A stretch of DNA of 64,000 nucleotides from assembly GCA_016715505.1 (NCBI GenBank), contig JADJZY010000014.1, positions 1 to 64,000 on the forward strand. The letters run 5' to 3'. Of the stretch, positions 11,801-22,280 are shown in pieces. The notes under the pieces are model-generated. The model saw only the letters and a program-made list of their open reading frames with translations. It did not search any database and was not told the DNA's origin. A program made the position numbers and the translations under genes. Source of the stretch: Bacteroidota bacterium. GTDB lineage: Bacteria > Bacteroidota > Bacteroidia > Chitinophagales > Chitinophagaceae. The stretch's first letter is position 1. Each line of letters opens with the position of its first letter.

Positions 11801-13708
11801 TTGACAATGCCTACCAACAGTTCCAATTGTATGGAAAGTTCATCGAGAGACTCTTCAATGTTCTTTGATTCAATAGCTTTGGAAAACCTTTCAATTTCTT
11901 CTCGCAAATTTGCAGCTTGTTGGTGGTATGGCCTCAAAGCCTCTTCTTGTAACAGAAAATGGGTGCAATTTTTTGAAAGTTCTTCTGACTTCTGGCTTAA
12001 CTGTTTTTCATAGTTCTGAAGCTGATTTACATCTGCATATTTTAATTCGGAAAGCGTAACAACTTCTCCCTGAAAGCGCCGGATGGCCGACAAAGCATCT
12101 ACAAAATATTCAGGGAATAGAATGATTGGTTTTGCATTCGTACAAAAATCATCGATCCTTTTTACCAAAAGCTTCTATGGCTTTATGAGAGGATTGACGT
12201 TGTTCAACAACCTTCTCAAATTCATTAATTGCAGCGTGTGCAATTTTACGAATTTCCAACAGCGGTTTTTTAAGCTGAAACACGGCCTCATCATCTAAAA
12301 AGTAGTAGGCGTCCAGTATCTGTGTACTGCGCTTCACAATATCATCATACAAACCTGTGTACGAATCTTCCTTCTGAAGCAGTACCATCAAATCCCTGCA
12401 ATCTGCCATTGAACGTACAAGGTCTTTGTTGCCTATTTTAAATAAAGTATGATCTTTTTGAGTTTCATTAACCTGTACCTGTTTTGAAAAAGGCGTTTGC
12501 CAAATTTGAACGGCATGATGTTTAGTTGGTTCTTCACTATCCTGAATATAACAGAGCTTACCATCTTCAAAAATGGTAAACCCTGTGCAATAGATCGGCG
12601 TCTCTATGTTCTGTTCGATAAGTTGATATGGAACGAGTAAGTAGTGATTATTTCGTTCTTCATAAAACACAAATAAATAATTTTCACCATTCGGACCCGC
12701 CCATTTTTTTAAAAAATTCATCTTGCGATCCCGGTCATTAAAAACCTTTATTTTTCCCGTTTGCAAGGCATAACCATTGGGAAATACCACACCTTGTTGT
12801 TCGGGTAGTTGCACGATGGCATGTTTCATTCCATCGGCCCTTTCAATTCGCTTTTCCTTTTGGTTATAAATAAAATATCGATCCGTTTCCAGATAAGGTT
12901 TAATGCGCAATAAAATCAGGTGATTATAGATGGCAAAATGAATTTCTGCATCATCCAAACTTTGGTCTTTATATTCAACATCTTCCTGATATATCCCCAA
13001 TCCAGTGTCGGTATTGTCTTCGATTTTTATCGTGAGATTTCCACCAATTGTTTCAACAAATAATTTATCTGCCAGCGAGATATGCGGAAATTTCCCACTT
13101 CGTTGCATATCCCTGGTTGCTTTAATCCATTGCACTTCCTGTTGATTGGGAAACTGCAATTCAGCAGCGCTTCGGGCATCTACAAATTCTAAATGCTCAT
13201 CTCTCACAAGCCATTTAAATACCTTAACATCTGATACACTTTCAGAAAGTTGAAAAACGAAATACACGAAATTGTCGCGGGAATAAAATCTGGCAAAGAA
13301 GGTATTGCGATAATACTTGTATAGGTTTTTGAACTCTTCCAAAAATTCAGGATTTTCCAGAATCTGTAATGATTGGGGTTCAAATCTGTTTTTTCGAAAC
13401 TGATATACTGCAAAAACATCCTTGAGTTCAATTTCGGTTTTTAAACCCAAATGCACATTATAACCAAGGATACAAAATTGTCCCAGTGAAAAAATATCCT
13501 TTACCTGGCAAGGTGAATCAGTAGATATCCGTTCATTGGCGAGAAGGGAAAAATCTATACTCCCAAATACTTGTTTTCGGGATTCATTGAGTTGGTTCAA
13601 ACGTTCAGATAAGAGAACCTGTTGTTGTTTCAGCCTGCTTTGAATAATTTCATACGTTGCCGAGGATACGGCTGGAGTCACTGCAGATTGGTCGGTTTGT
13701 TCAGACAT
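8864..13708 (-). CDS. Giant (~1600 aa) multi-domain protein with an AAA+ (AAA_5/McrB-MoxR-like) ATPase domain, last gene of the pspA-flotillin operon; fragmented into 5 ORFs by frameshifts
   Basis: Consecutive minus-strand ORFs 12149-13708, 11728-12168, 10215-11648, 9211-10410 and 8864-9139 have overlapping or closely spaced ends. Walker A ISPPGYGKTTL, Walker B-like MLYLDDIQHCNPEFL and an arginine-finger region FCLVMAGNPY are present. Starts 19 nt downstream of the flotillin gene. Confidence 0.5.
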
Positions 13709-13726
13709 TTCAGCTAGAATAAGTCG

Positions 13727-15808
13727 TTATATTTCGTAAAACTTATACTTCAATGTATTACCGAAGTGTCTTTTTTCAATCCCCATGTGTTTGGCGATAT
13801 TGAGTGCATTCGAAAGAAATCCCTGATCGTCATCATCCGCCACTCCTTTTAATCGACCAATCAAAGATGCAATGCTTAAATTTTTAATATCCTCTGAAGA
13901 GACATTGTATTTATTCACCATCTGCAACATGCGATGGATGATATTTTTATCATCATCTCCCTGCATCAAAGATTCCCGAATTAATTGAGCATTTTCACTA
14001 TGCTGAACCAATTTATCCAATCCTTTACCGGCCGAAATTTGTTTTACGACATGATCAAAGAAAGAGTGGTCTCCACCGACAATATCAATATTCGCGCTTT
14101 TGAATGCCTCACCCAACACTTGAGCCTGCGCATTGGCGATATCTTTTTGAACATGAATTTGGGCCAATTCCACTTCCTTTTCTTTATTCAGTCGTAAACG
14201 GAATTCTTCGTGGTCCTTACCGGCTTCATTCAACTTTTTCATCGCCTCGGCTTTTTCAGTAATACCGGCTGCTTCAGCCAATGCTTTTTGTTTAATCACC
14301 TCTGCTTCCGCTTGTCCTTCTTCTTTTTTAGCAATGGCATTGGCTTGCACCCCTTTAGCTGCGGCTTCGGCTTTTTTCTCGATGACATTGGCTTCTGCCA
14401 TACCTTGTTTCTCCATCGCATCGGCCTTTGCATACATGACCTGCGCTTCAGATAATCCGACGGTGGCTTCTTCCTTGGCTTTGGCATCTGCAATAATCTT
14501 GCGGGCCTCGGCTTCTTTTTCTGCCGCATCTCGTTTCGCCTGCGCCTCAATCAAATATTTTTGCGCATCTTTTTCAGCCGCCAACTTTCGGGATTCCGCA
14601 GCCTTGGTCATTTCAATGAGTTTGGTTTCAGCCTCCTGATTCGCAATGGTGATTTGCACTTGTTTATTTCGTTCAGCTGTTTTTAAGGCTTCTACATCCT
14701 GAATTTTCTGTTCTTCTTCGACCACCGTCTTCTGCATCATTAATCGTTCACGAATCGCATCCTGAATATTTTTCTTCTCTAACTCAACAGCCTTTTCTTT
14801 TTCAATATTCGCTAATGCAACCACGCGTTCTCTTTCGGTTGCTTCAAGAGAACGATCTTTTTCCACGCGTTCTGTTTCAACCAGATTGGCTCTTTCTTTA
14901 TTCTTCAAGGCAATCACCACTTGCCTTTGTTTATTTTCTTCGGCAATCTGTAATTTTTCTTCGGTTGCAATACGCACAGATTCCGCCTTAAATCTTTCTT
15001 CTTCTGAGACCTTCAAAATTTCAGCATGTTCGCGAGCTTTGATATTGGCAATCTCTCTTTTTTGAGATTCTTCTTTTTCGGCAAGTTGTTTTTGCAATTC
15101 TAAAATTGCTTCCTGCGCTTCCACATTTTGTTTGGTAATGGTCTTCTCTTCATCTTTACGAACCAAATTCGCTTTTATGTTTTGAGCAGCCGTGAGCTCT
15201 GTAATTTTTTTAATCCCTTCCGCATCCAGAATATTGTCCTTATTTAAATTATGGATGGATGTTTGTTCTAAATAATCAATAGCACAATCGTCCAGGGCAT
15301 ATCCGTTTAAATCTGTTCCGATAATATTTAGGATCTCATGGCGGAATTCACTTCTGGCTTCATACAACTCGGTGAAATCAAATTTTTTACCGACGGTTTT
15401 TAGTGCTTCAGAAAATTTGGCTTCAAATAGTTCGCGCAGGGTATTGATATCTGAAGCCCGGGCACAACCTATTGTTTGAGCCACATTAATAATATCCTCC
15501 ACCGATTTATTCACCCGGATAAAAAAGGCTACTTGAATGTCGGCCCGAATATTATCCTTACAAACCAATCCGTCTTTTCCTTCGCGGTGAATTTCCATTT
15601 TTTTAACCGAAATATCCATAAATTCCATTCGGTGAATCACCGGAATAATTACGCCGGCATTAAAAAATACTTTTGCACCTCCATAACCCGTGCGCAGGAG
15701 TACGATGCCTTGCACGGTTTTTTTGTACATGGAAACAATCCAAAAGAGGAGTCCGAGCCCCGTAATAATCAATACAACAATCACAACAATAGAAGTGTGT
15801 CCTAACAT
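13727..15808 (-). CDS. Flotillin / SPFH (band-7) family protein, YqiK-like, with long Glu/Lys/Ala-rich coiled coil
   Basis: 693 aa with an N-terminal TM, an SPFH domain (VLLRTGYGGAKVFFNAGVIIPVIHRMEFMD...) and an extended EA-repeat coiled-coil typical of flotillins. Confidence 0.85.
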   Translation of the reverse strand: MLGHTSIVVIVVLIITGLGLLFWIVSMYKKTVQGIVLLRTGYGGAKVFFNAGVIIPVIHRMEFMDISVKKMEIHREGKDGLVCKDNIRADIQVAFFIRVNKSVEDIINVAQTIGCARASDINTLRELFEAKFSEALKTVGKKFDFTELYEARSEFRHEILNIIGTDLNGYALDDCAIDYLEQTSIHNLNKDNILDAEGIKKITELTAAQNIKANLVRKDEEKTITKQNVEAQEAILELQKQLAEKEESQKREIANIKAREHAEILKVSEEERFKAESVRIATEEKLQIAEENKQRQVVIALKNKERANLVETERVEKDRSLEATERERVVALANIEKEKAVELEKKNIQDAIRERLMMQKTVVEEEQKIQDVEALKTAERNKQVQITIANQEAETKLIEMTKAAESRKLAAEKDAQKYLIEAQAKRDAAEKEAEARKIIADAKAKEEATVGLSEAQVMYAKADAMEKQGMAEANVIEKKAEAAAKGVQANAIAKKEEGQAEAEVIKQKALAEAAGITEKAEAMKKLNEAGKDHEEFRLRLNKEKEVELAQIHVQKDIANAQAQVLGEAFKSANIDIVGGDHSFFDHVVKQISAGKGLDKLVQHSENAQLIRESLMQGDDDKNIIHRMLQMVNKYNVSSEDIKNLSIASLIGRLKGVADDDDQGFLSNALNIAKHMGIEKRHFGNTLKYKFYEI

Positions 15809-15839
15809 ATCTGTTTTCTTTAAAGGTTTATAAAATGTT

Positions 15840-16502
15840 TTAATTTATTTCTTCGTACGACTTTACGTAATAAAATTTTTTATCGGAGGATTCATCAATC
15901 ACCATGGCTTGTTCTCCGGTTTCGATTCGCTGTCCGTCTTTGGTTTTCTCCATCAGTTTAATCGGATCATTTTGAATGATCAGTTCTAGCATTCCAAATT
16001 TATCGCCTTCAGCAGCACTTCGCATAATTCCGGTTCTACCTAAAAAATCGTAAGGCTTTTCTCCCTGGTGGTTGATCACTTTAAACAAAGAACGGAAAGG
16101 TAAGGCGGCCCATTTCGCGAAAAGTAAACTTGCTGCCATGATTGGAATGAGCAGTAAAAAGCCCATCCAATGCGGTATAGGAAAATAATAATTCAGATTC
16201 ACAGAAATCACCCAACTGAATAAAAAGAAAATGGTCAGAAAAAAGGTAATGGGTATCACATCTAAATCCAGAAATCGGAGGAATTGAACCCAAGCAGATG
16301 GTTCGTGATTGATCTCTACCAATCCATCATGTTCTGACACATCCAGACTTCCATCCAGATCGGCATCCAGGTCTAAATCCAACTGTACATCGGTTCCACT
16401 GATGATGGTAAAAATCCAGTACAATACACTTAGTCCAAGTAAAATCGTCAATCCAATATTTACCGGAGAAAGAATTTCTACCATAAAATCGTTCCAGGTC
16501 AT
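15840..16502 (-). CDS. NfeD-like / YqiJ-family membrane protein (flotillin partner)
   Basis: 220 aa with multiple TM helices, an acidic DLDLDADLD segment and a C-terminal soluble beta-rich domain. Directly upstream of the flotillin gene, with start/stop overlap to pspA, which is the classic NfeD-flotillin pairing. Confidence 0.6.
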   Translation of the reverse strand: MTWNDFMVEILSPVNIGLTILLGLSVLYWIFTIISGTDVQLDLDLDADLDGSLDVSEHDGLVEINHEPSAWVQFLRFLDLDVIPITFFLTIFFLFSWVISVNLNYYFPIPHWMGFLLLIPIMAASLLFAKWAALPFRSLFKVINHQGEKPYDFLGRTGIMRSAAEGDKFGMLELIIQNDPIKLMEKTKDGQRIETGEQAMVIDESSDKKFYYVKSYEEIN

Positions 16503-17206
16503 TCAGGCGAATTTTTAAGTTGGTCTTTTAATTTTTGAAGGGCCACTTCAGCCGTTTCCTCTTCTGTATTGAGTGCTTTACCGATTTCTTCATCTACAGA
16601 AGTTGATTGACTTACAATATCTCCATACGCACTGGCCAGGGCTTCTTCATGTTCCACTTTCTCTTTCATTCGTTTGAGCATGTCAACTGTACCTTCTGAA
16701 TCCATTCCGGTCATTTTCAAATTGATATCCTTCGTTGCCTGACTAATTTGTAATCGGGCATTCAGGGTCTTCAATTCAGATTCCCATTTGGCAATATTTG
16801 CTTTTAATGCCTGAATATGAACCTGAAGTTTGGCAACTTCCATTTCCAATTGCTCCGCTTCCTGATTTACTTGACGTGATGTAGATTCTTCAAGCTCTTT
16901 TCGTTTGAGTGCTTCTTTGGCCAATCGATCCGATTCAGTGGAATCCATATTTCCATGCATCGCTTTTTTAATCAACAACATCGCTTTTTGCTCGTATTCG
17001 GAGGACTTTTCTAAATGTTGTTGCGCTTCATTTTTCCGGCGAATTGCAAGTGCCTTAACCGTTGCCAAGCCTTGAATACTTTGTTGGAGCTGATCTTTGA
17101 GCTCACGAATCCCTTGTTCACCCATAATGATTGGGCTTTCAAGATCGTTGATGAGGGCATGAGAATGTGCCTTTCCAATTCGAATAATTCTTTGCAGGAT
17201 ATTCAT
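16499..17206 (-). CDS. pspA: PspA/IM30 family protein (phage-shock protein A-like)
   Basis: Coiled-coil protein with the PspA-type N-terminus (MNILQRIIRIGKAHSHALINDLESP) and a long helical body. The ORF in the track begins at an upstream Met; Met-22 was chosen as the start by homology. Confidence 0.75.
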   Translation of the reverse strand: MNILQRIIRIGKAHSHALINDLESPIIMGEQGIRELKDQLQQSIQGLATVKALAIRRKNEAQQHLEKSSEYEQKAMLLIKKAMHGNMDSTESDRLAKEALKRKELEESTSRQVNQEAEQLEMEVAKLQVHIQALKANIAKWESELKTLNARLQISQATKDINLKMTGMDSEGTVDMLKRMKEKVEHEEALASAYGDIVSQSTSVDEEIGKALNTEEETAEVALQKLKDQLKNSPE

Positions 17207-17231
17207 ATAATGATTTTTAAAGTTAAATTTT

Positions 17232-17630
17232 TTATCGACTAAATGTGATGATTTCATTCGAAAATTCACTCAACAATAAACTGAGTGCGTTCAAGCTTGC
17301 CAACAATTCGTTTTTATCCAAATTTTCAGTTTGTAGAGTATCTCTGAAAATGACCTTTTTTCCAGTATCATCCAATACGAATGCACCATGAACGATATCA
17401 CGATTTTTTTGTAAGAGTCTGGTCAGTATTTCCTCTTGACTTTGTTTTAATTCAAAAATGTATTGCTCCATGATGAGAATACTTGGGGAAATGAAGAGGA
17501 CGAAATTTTTAATGCCATCTGATTCCTTTTCAATCACCAGGGTCACCCCATTCGGATCTTCAGAAATAATTTGGTAGTCCAGGTCCAAAAGCCAGTTTTT
17601 AATACACTCAAAGCGTTCTTGTTGGTTCAT
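17232..17630 (-). CDS. YbjN-domain protein (putative sensory transduction regulator / chaperone-like)
   Basis: 132 aa small cytosolic protein with a YbjN-like fold signature. First gene of the ybjN-pspA-nfeD-flotillin operon. Confidence 0.45.
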   Translation of the reverse strand: MNQQERFECIKNWLLDLDYQIISEDPNGVTLVIEKESDGIKNFVLFISPSILIMEQYIFELKQSQEEILTRLLQKNRDIVHGAFVLDDTGKKVIFRDTLQTENLDKNELLASLNALSLLLSEFSNEIITFSR

Positions 17631-17733
17631 TCTTTATGGTTTTCAAAGGACAAATGTATATTTATTTTTGATTTCAGCAAATTTTGTTTGCATTTTTTTC
17701 AATCATTAGATATATTTGCTAAAATTTTTAGCA

Positions 17734-18393
17734 ATGTCGTACTTTTCAACGAATTTGAAAAAAATCAGACAAATTCACAATTTGAGCCAAAGCGCTTTCG
17801 CTGAATTGCTGAATTTAAATCGTGGTGTTATCTCATCCTATGAAGAGCAGCGGGCGCAGCCGAAAATAGAAACTGTATTAAGAATTGCGGAGCATTTTAA
17901 TCTGAGTAGTGATGAATTGCTGAGTGCACCATTGACAGTGAATAGGCTGACCAAATTTGAACTGGAAAATTCCAAGGAGCCTCTGAAGTTGGATCCGCCA
18001 ATTGAAAAACACATTTCATTTCAACAATGGAGTAGAAATAATGGTTCTCAATCATTTGATTCAAGTAGTTTGAAAGATTGCATCGATTTGGTGTATGTTG
18101 TTGATGCCTCCTTTTCTCAGAAGTATGGCTATGAGGTCGATGATATTTTATTCCTCAAACGCCTATCCCATTCCGCCATAAACGTCGAAGATGAATTCAT
18201 CCTCATTGAAGATCAGAAAATAGCTTTAATTCCGGCTGCAGCTGCCACTCAGAGGCTCAAAAAATCGCCATCCGCCCCTGTTTATCGAATAAGCGGAAAA
18301 ATATTCCAATCCAGACTTTCACAAAATGATCGGATTTCGAAATTAGAGTCTCAAATCCGTGAAATTGAAGCCAGGTTAGATGCCACAAAATAA
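17734..18393 (+). CDS. XRE-family helix-turn-helix transcriptional regulator with C-terminal domain of unknown function
   Basis: HTH_3/Cro-C1 signature (LSQSAFAELLNLNRGVISSYEEQRAQPKIETVLRIAEHFNLSSDELL). Divergent from the ybjN-pspA operon. Confidence 0.6.
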   Translation: MSYFSTNLKKIRQIHNLSQSAFAELLNLNRGVISSYEEQRAQPKIETVLRIAEHFNLSSDELLSAPLTVNRLTKFELENSKEPLKLDPPIEKHISFQQWSRNNGSQSFDSSSLKDCIDLVYVVDASFSQKYGYEVDDILFLKRLSHSAINVEDEFILIEDQKIALIPAAAATQRLKKSPSAPVYRISGKIFQSRLSQNDRISKLESQIREIEARLDATK

Positions 18394-18445
18394 TAAAGGG
18401 ATGCCCTTCGACATCCCCTTATCATATAAAACCAACCAAAACCAA

Positions 18446-19315
18446 CTATCCTAAATATGATTTTAAAGATTTGCTGTAGCGGGCTTTCTGTAATCTTTTA
18501 ATGGCTCGTTCTTTGATTTGACGAATTCTTTCTTTCGTCAGATCATATTTCTCACCAATTTGTTCAATGGTAGGACCATCATTCCCATCCAAACCGAAGT
18601 AAGCGCTAACAATCTCAGATTCTCTTGGGCTTAATGATTTAAGAATGCGTTTAATTTCTTCGCGTAAACTATCCTGAATAACTGAATCATCGGTATCATT
18701 TGAACCGGTTAAAAGATCTCCCATACTCACATCTTCTGCTTCATGCACAGGGGCATCCAGTGAGGTGTGACGTGTATTGGTTACAAAAATGTTTGAAATC
18801 TCTGTTTCTGACATCTCCAGAATTCCGGCCAATTCCTCTACAGATGGTTCACGCTCATTTTCCTGCTCAAAGGCCATCATCGCCTTATTTGCTTTGTTAT
18901 AGGTGCCAATCTTATTTTGAGGCAACCTGACAAGACGTCCTTGTTCTGCCAAAGCCTGTAAAATTGACTGACGAATCCACCAAACAGCGTAAGAGATAAA
19001 TTTAAATCCTTTTGTTTCATCAAAACGCTGAGCAGCTTTAATCAAACCCAAATTCCCTTCATTAATCAAATCCGACAAGGTTAAACCCTGATGTTGATAT
19101 TGCTTCGCCACGGACACCACAAAACGTAAATTTGACTTCACCATTTTCTCCAAAGCAGCCTTAGACACTGTATTGTCTGTACTTCTGATCTTCTGTGCCA
19201 ATACGGTTTCTTCCTCTGCTGTAATCATTGGAATACGACTAATGTCCTGTAGATATTTTTCAACCGCCTGACTATCACGGTTGGTTATTTGAGTGGCTAT
19301 TTTGAGCTGTCTCAT
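18446..19315 (-). CDS. rpoD: RNA polymerase primary sigma factor RpoD (sigma-70/SigA, short Bacteroidota form)
   Basis: 289 aa with regions 2.x through 4.2 (…WWIRQSI…, region 4 TLEQIGEKYDLTKERIRQIKE). Size and sequence are typical of Bacteroidota sigma A. Confidence 0.9.
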   Translation of the reverse strand: MRQLKIATQITNRDSQAVEKYLQDISRIPMITAEEETVLAQKIRSTDNTVSKAALEKMVKSNLRFVVSVAKQYQHQGLTLSDLINEGNLGLIKAAQRFDETKGFKFISYAVWWIRQSILQALAEQGRLVRLPQNKIGTYNKANKAMMAFEQENEREPSVEELAGILEMSETEISNIFVTNTRHTSLDAPVHEAEDVSMGDLLTGSNDTDDSVIQDSLREEIKRILKSLSPRESEIVSAYFGLDGNDGPTIEQIGEKYDLTKERIRQIKERAIKRLQKARYSKSLKSYLG

Positions 19316-19455
19316 GTGTTAAAATGTTTTTAGGTTATTATGTACTAATATAACGCAGGTATACCATCAAATAGTATTCCTACTTTTCCATGCTGCCGTT
19401 AAAGTTTTATTATTAGCGATAGCCTGAACAGATTCAACGCGGAAATTAAAAAAGC

Positions 19456-19794
19456 CTATAGCTTATCTCCCAATTTAAGGGCATCAAACTTTTCAGCTTG
19501 AGCAGCACTCATGACGCCTTTGATATTGCGGATTTTGTTGTCATGATGCAATTTTAAACGCGTTTCTTGCTGGGCTTTATTCCCCTCTAAAGCTTTCATG
19601 CTCATTTCGAGGTTCTTTTCTTCACCCATCAGTACGGTAGTTAACCGGGAGATTTGAACATCTGTAAGACCTAAATCAGCCTTACGAATCAGTTCTACTT
19701 CTTGCTTAACTTTTGCACTGGGTTGTTGTGTTTGAGCTTGTGAAATGAATACACTCGTGCAAAGGAGGAAACTTAAAAAAATAATCTTTTTCAT
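19456..19794 (-). CDS. Small secreted hypothetical protein (signal peptide)
   Basis: 112 aa with an N-terminal signal peptide MKKIIFLSFLLCTSVFISQAQ and a Lys/Glu-rich helical body. Confidence 0.4.
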   Translation of the reverse strand: MKKIIFLSFLLCTSVFISQAQTQQPSAKVKQEVELIRKADLGLTDVQISRLTTVLMGEEKNLEMSMKALEGNKAQQETRLKLHHDNKIRNIKGVMSAAQAEKFDALKLGDKL

Positions 19795-20024
19795 ATTCAG
19801 TCGTTTGAATCAAGACGTAAAATTACTCAGATGTGTTTGTTATCCTAGTCCCATTTTACTAACGTTTTGTTTATTCGGGTGTGAGAAAAGCAATAGGCCC
19901 ATGAATTCAAGCCTTTACACGGTTACAAACTGATAACTTCAAACACCAAAACGGATAAAAGGAAAACCCATCTGAAAAAGCCGAACGCTTAAAGGTTCGG
20001 CTTAAAATTTAAATATTGTGGACT

Positions 20025-22207
20025 TTACTCTCCTACTCGGCTTCCAGGTGCTAATTCGCCAGAAGCTGGAGTACCATCATCCTCTTCATCGGTATTCACA
20101 CGTAAGTTAGAATCTCTTTCAGAAACTCCGGATTTGTCGATATATTCCGGACGATTTTGATCGTAAATAATTCTTTTCTCAGGTAAATCTCCAATAATTC
20201 GGAATTCAGTACGACGATTATACTGACGTCCAATCGGATTATCCTGACCATTGATGGTATTTGGCTTAATCGGGTTTCTTTTACCTTCACCTCTGGCAAT
20301 CATTCGACCGCGATCAATTCCTTTGGTAGCCATATAGCTCATTACCGCTTGGGCTCTTTTCACAGATAACTCATCATTGTACTCATCATCACCCTTGCTA
20401 TCCGTATAAGAACGGATTTCAACACTCACTGAAGGATTGTCGTTCATGAAATTAACCAATGAATCGAGGGCCCCATAAGAATCAGGTTGAAAATCTCCTT
20501 TATCGAAATTGTAATACACGTTTTGAACATGAAACTCAAATTCATTGGTGATTTGTGCATGTAAATGGTCACCAAAGTCGTATTATCCGGATCCATGACT
20601 GATTTACCGGTTGTACTCAAAGTTGTTCTTCCAGAGATATAACCTGGCTTATCGGCAGAGATGGCGTAATTTTTACCCATTGGCGTATAGAACATAAAAT
20701 TACCTTCTCTTGAGAAACTAGTATCTTTTAATACATTGGTATTCAAATCTGCCATTTTCACAACCACTTCCGGAATAATTTCATTACTCACTTCGTCTAA
20801 AACAATTCCTTTTACATAGAAACTAGGCTCTTTAATCACTCTCCAAATGTCATCACAACAGGTTGGATTTTTTACGTAAATACTTCCCAAACGGTTAGAA
20901 ACTACATAAGCATTGTCCTTTTTACCCGGATCCTGGATATAATAGATATCATCTGCCGGTGAGTTAATTGGAAATCCGAGATTGGTTAAATTTGTATAAC
21001 GAGATGGTCCACCTTCTGCGGAATAAACGTCAAAGCCTCCGATATTTTTCCAACCATTCGAAGAGAAATACAATTTGTTGGTACGGTTATCGTAGTATGG
21101 CGTAATATCATCACCCCATGAGTTTACTTTTTTACCACAGTTTTGAGGACGGCGATACGTTTTACGAGCTGAATCATATACAGAATACCAGATATCGAAA
21201 CCACCGGCACTTTGTAATTTACGATTCGAAGTAAAGAATAAAACTTCCTTCTTACCAATCATCGCGCAGTATGGGTTGGTATTGCTTGATTCAGGATCGT
21301 TGATAAAACCATCCAATTCTTTGGCAGGAGCCCAAACACCGCGTGTTCTGTTAAATTCGGAAACCCAAATTTTACATTTAATTTTTAAGCTATCTTCTTC
21401 CAAACATTTGGTGAAACAGAATCTTAAACCGCCCGGGCTCCATGATCCATTCCCAACGTGGTATTTATTATCATTAAATTTACCATCTTCAAATTTCATG
21501 GCAACTTCAAAAGTATCTTTAATACGAGTACGATCAAATTCTTTAGGTGCCCACATAAAACGTGACACATAATCCTTTCGTTTGTCTTTACCGTATTCAA
21601 TAATTTTGTTTGAATTCATAGTGGCGAACAACAAGGCTGTATCACCCAATGGCAATGGAGACAATTCGGTATATGCCGTATTCACATTCGGACCGGCATT
21701 TTTTACAAATGCACGACCCGGATCATTCAAAGAATTCAAAGCCATTTGGCAACCTTCGATATGACGCTGGGCGTATAATTTTACCTTTTTGTTTTTGCCT
21801 TTGTAGTTTTTGATATAATACTGAAATCTTTCAATGGCTTTTTCATAATCGCCATTTTGTTTACGCATCAACGCCTCTTTGTAAGGAGCTTCCGGGTAAA
21901 TTTCAGGAGCAAGATCAAATGCTTCCGCATAATATTCCGCAGCCGGTGGATAATCACGGGTCATCCACATACATTCTGCGATCATATAAGTGACATATGG
22001 ATTACGGGGTTGTTCTTTTTTCAGCTGAAAATAATACTCTTCTGCTGTATAAAAACTCCCTGCTTTGAACAAGCCATTGGCCCATTTCATCTTCTTGTTA
22101 AAGGGTAATTTGGCGGCCGGATCGTCCTTTGGACCAGCACTTAACTCAAAAGTTCCCAAGCCCACACCTAAAAAAATCAGCGCTAAAAGCAAAAGTTTTC
22201 TTCTCAT
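20025..22207 (-). CDS. OmpA-family outer-membrane protein with TPR/beta-propeller N-terminal region (two ORFs; frameshift near 20530-20560)
   Basis: 20444-22207 has a signal peptide, TPR-like and TolB-like regions. 20025-20519 carries the OmpA C-terminal peptidoglycan-binding domain (YYNFDKGDFQP...SYTDSKGDDEYNDELSVKRAQAV...NRRTEFRI). The alternate frame across the junction reads ...IYMHAQITNEFEFHVQNVYYNFDKG. Confidence 0.7.
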
Positions 22208-22280
22208 TCCTGTGAAATGTTAATATAGCCGTAAATATAGTCGTAATAATCTGAAAAAGGAAAGCAAGTTCCCTTTTTTT

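Noticed and set aside
7056-13708. Treating the many split ORFs (gldG, giant ATPase, ompA, ftsK, rpoC, psd, ybeY, aminotransferase, cas9) as genuine pseudogenes indicating genome decay
   Set aside because: Breaks in indispensable genes (rpoC, ftsK) sit at homopolymer runs. Systematic homopolymer indel error in the assembly is the parsimonious explanation.
14296-14639. Lys/Arg-rich 84-aa ORF (14296-14550) and Ala/Ser-rich ORF (14334-14639) inside the flotillin gene
   Set aside because: They are antisense or alternate-frame readings of the GAA/GCA-rich coiled-coil coding repeat of the flotillin gene, with a low-complexity composition. They are not independent genes.
19795-20024. Possible small RNA in the rpoD-ompA intergenic region
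   Set aside because: The only clear structure is the hairpin agccgaac...gttcggct, positioned as the OmpA-gene terminator on the minus strand. There is no additional conserved-looking element.
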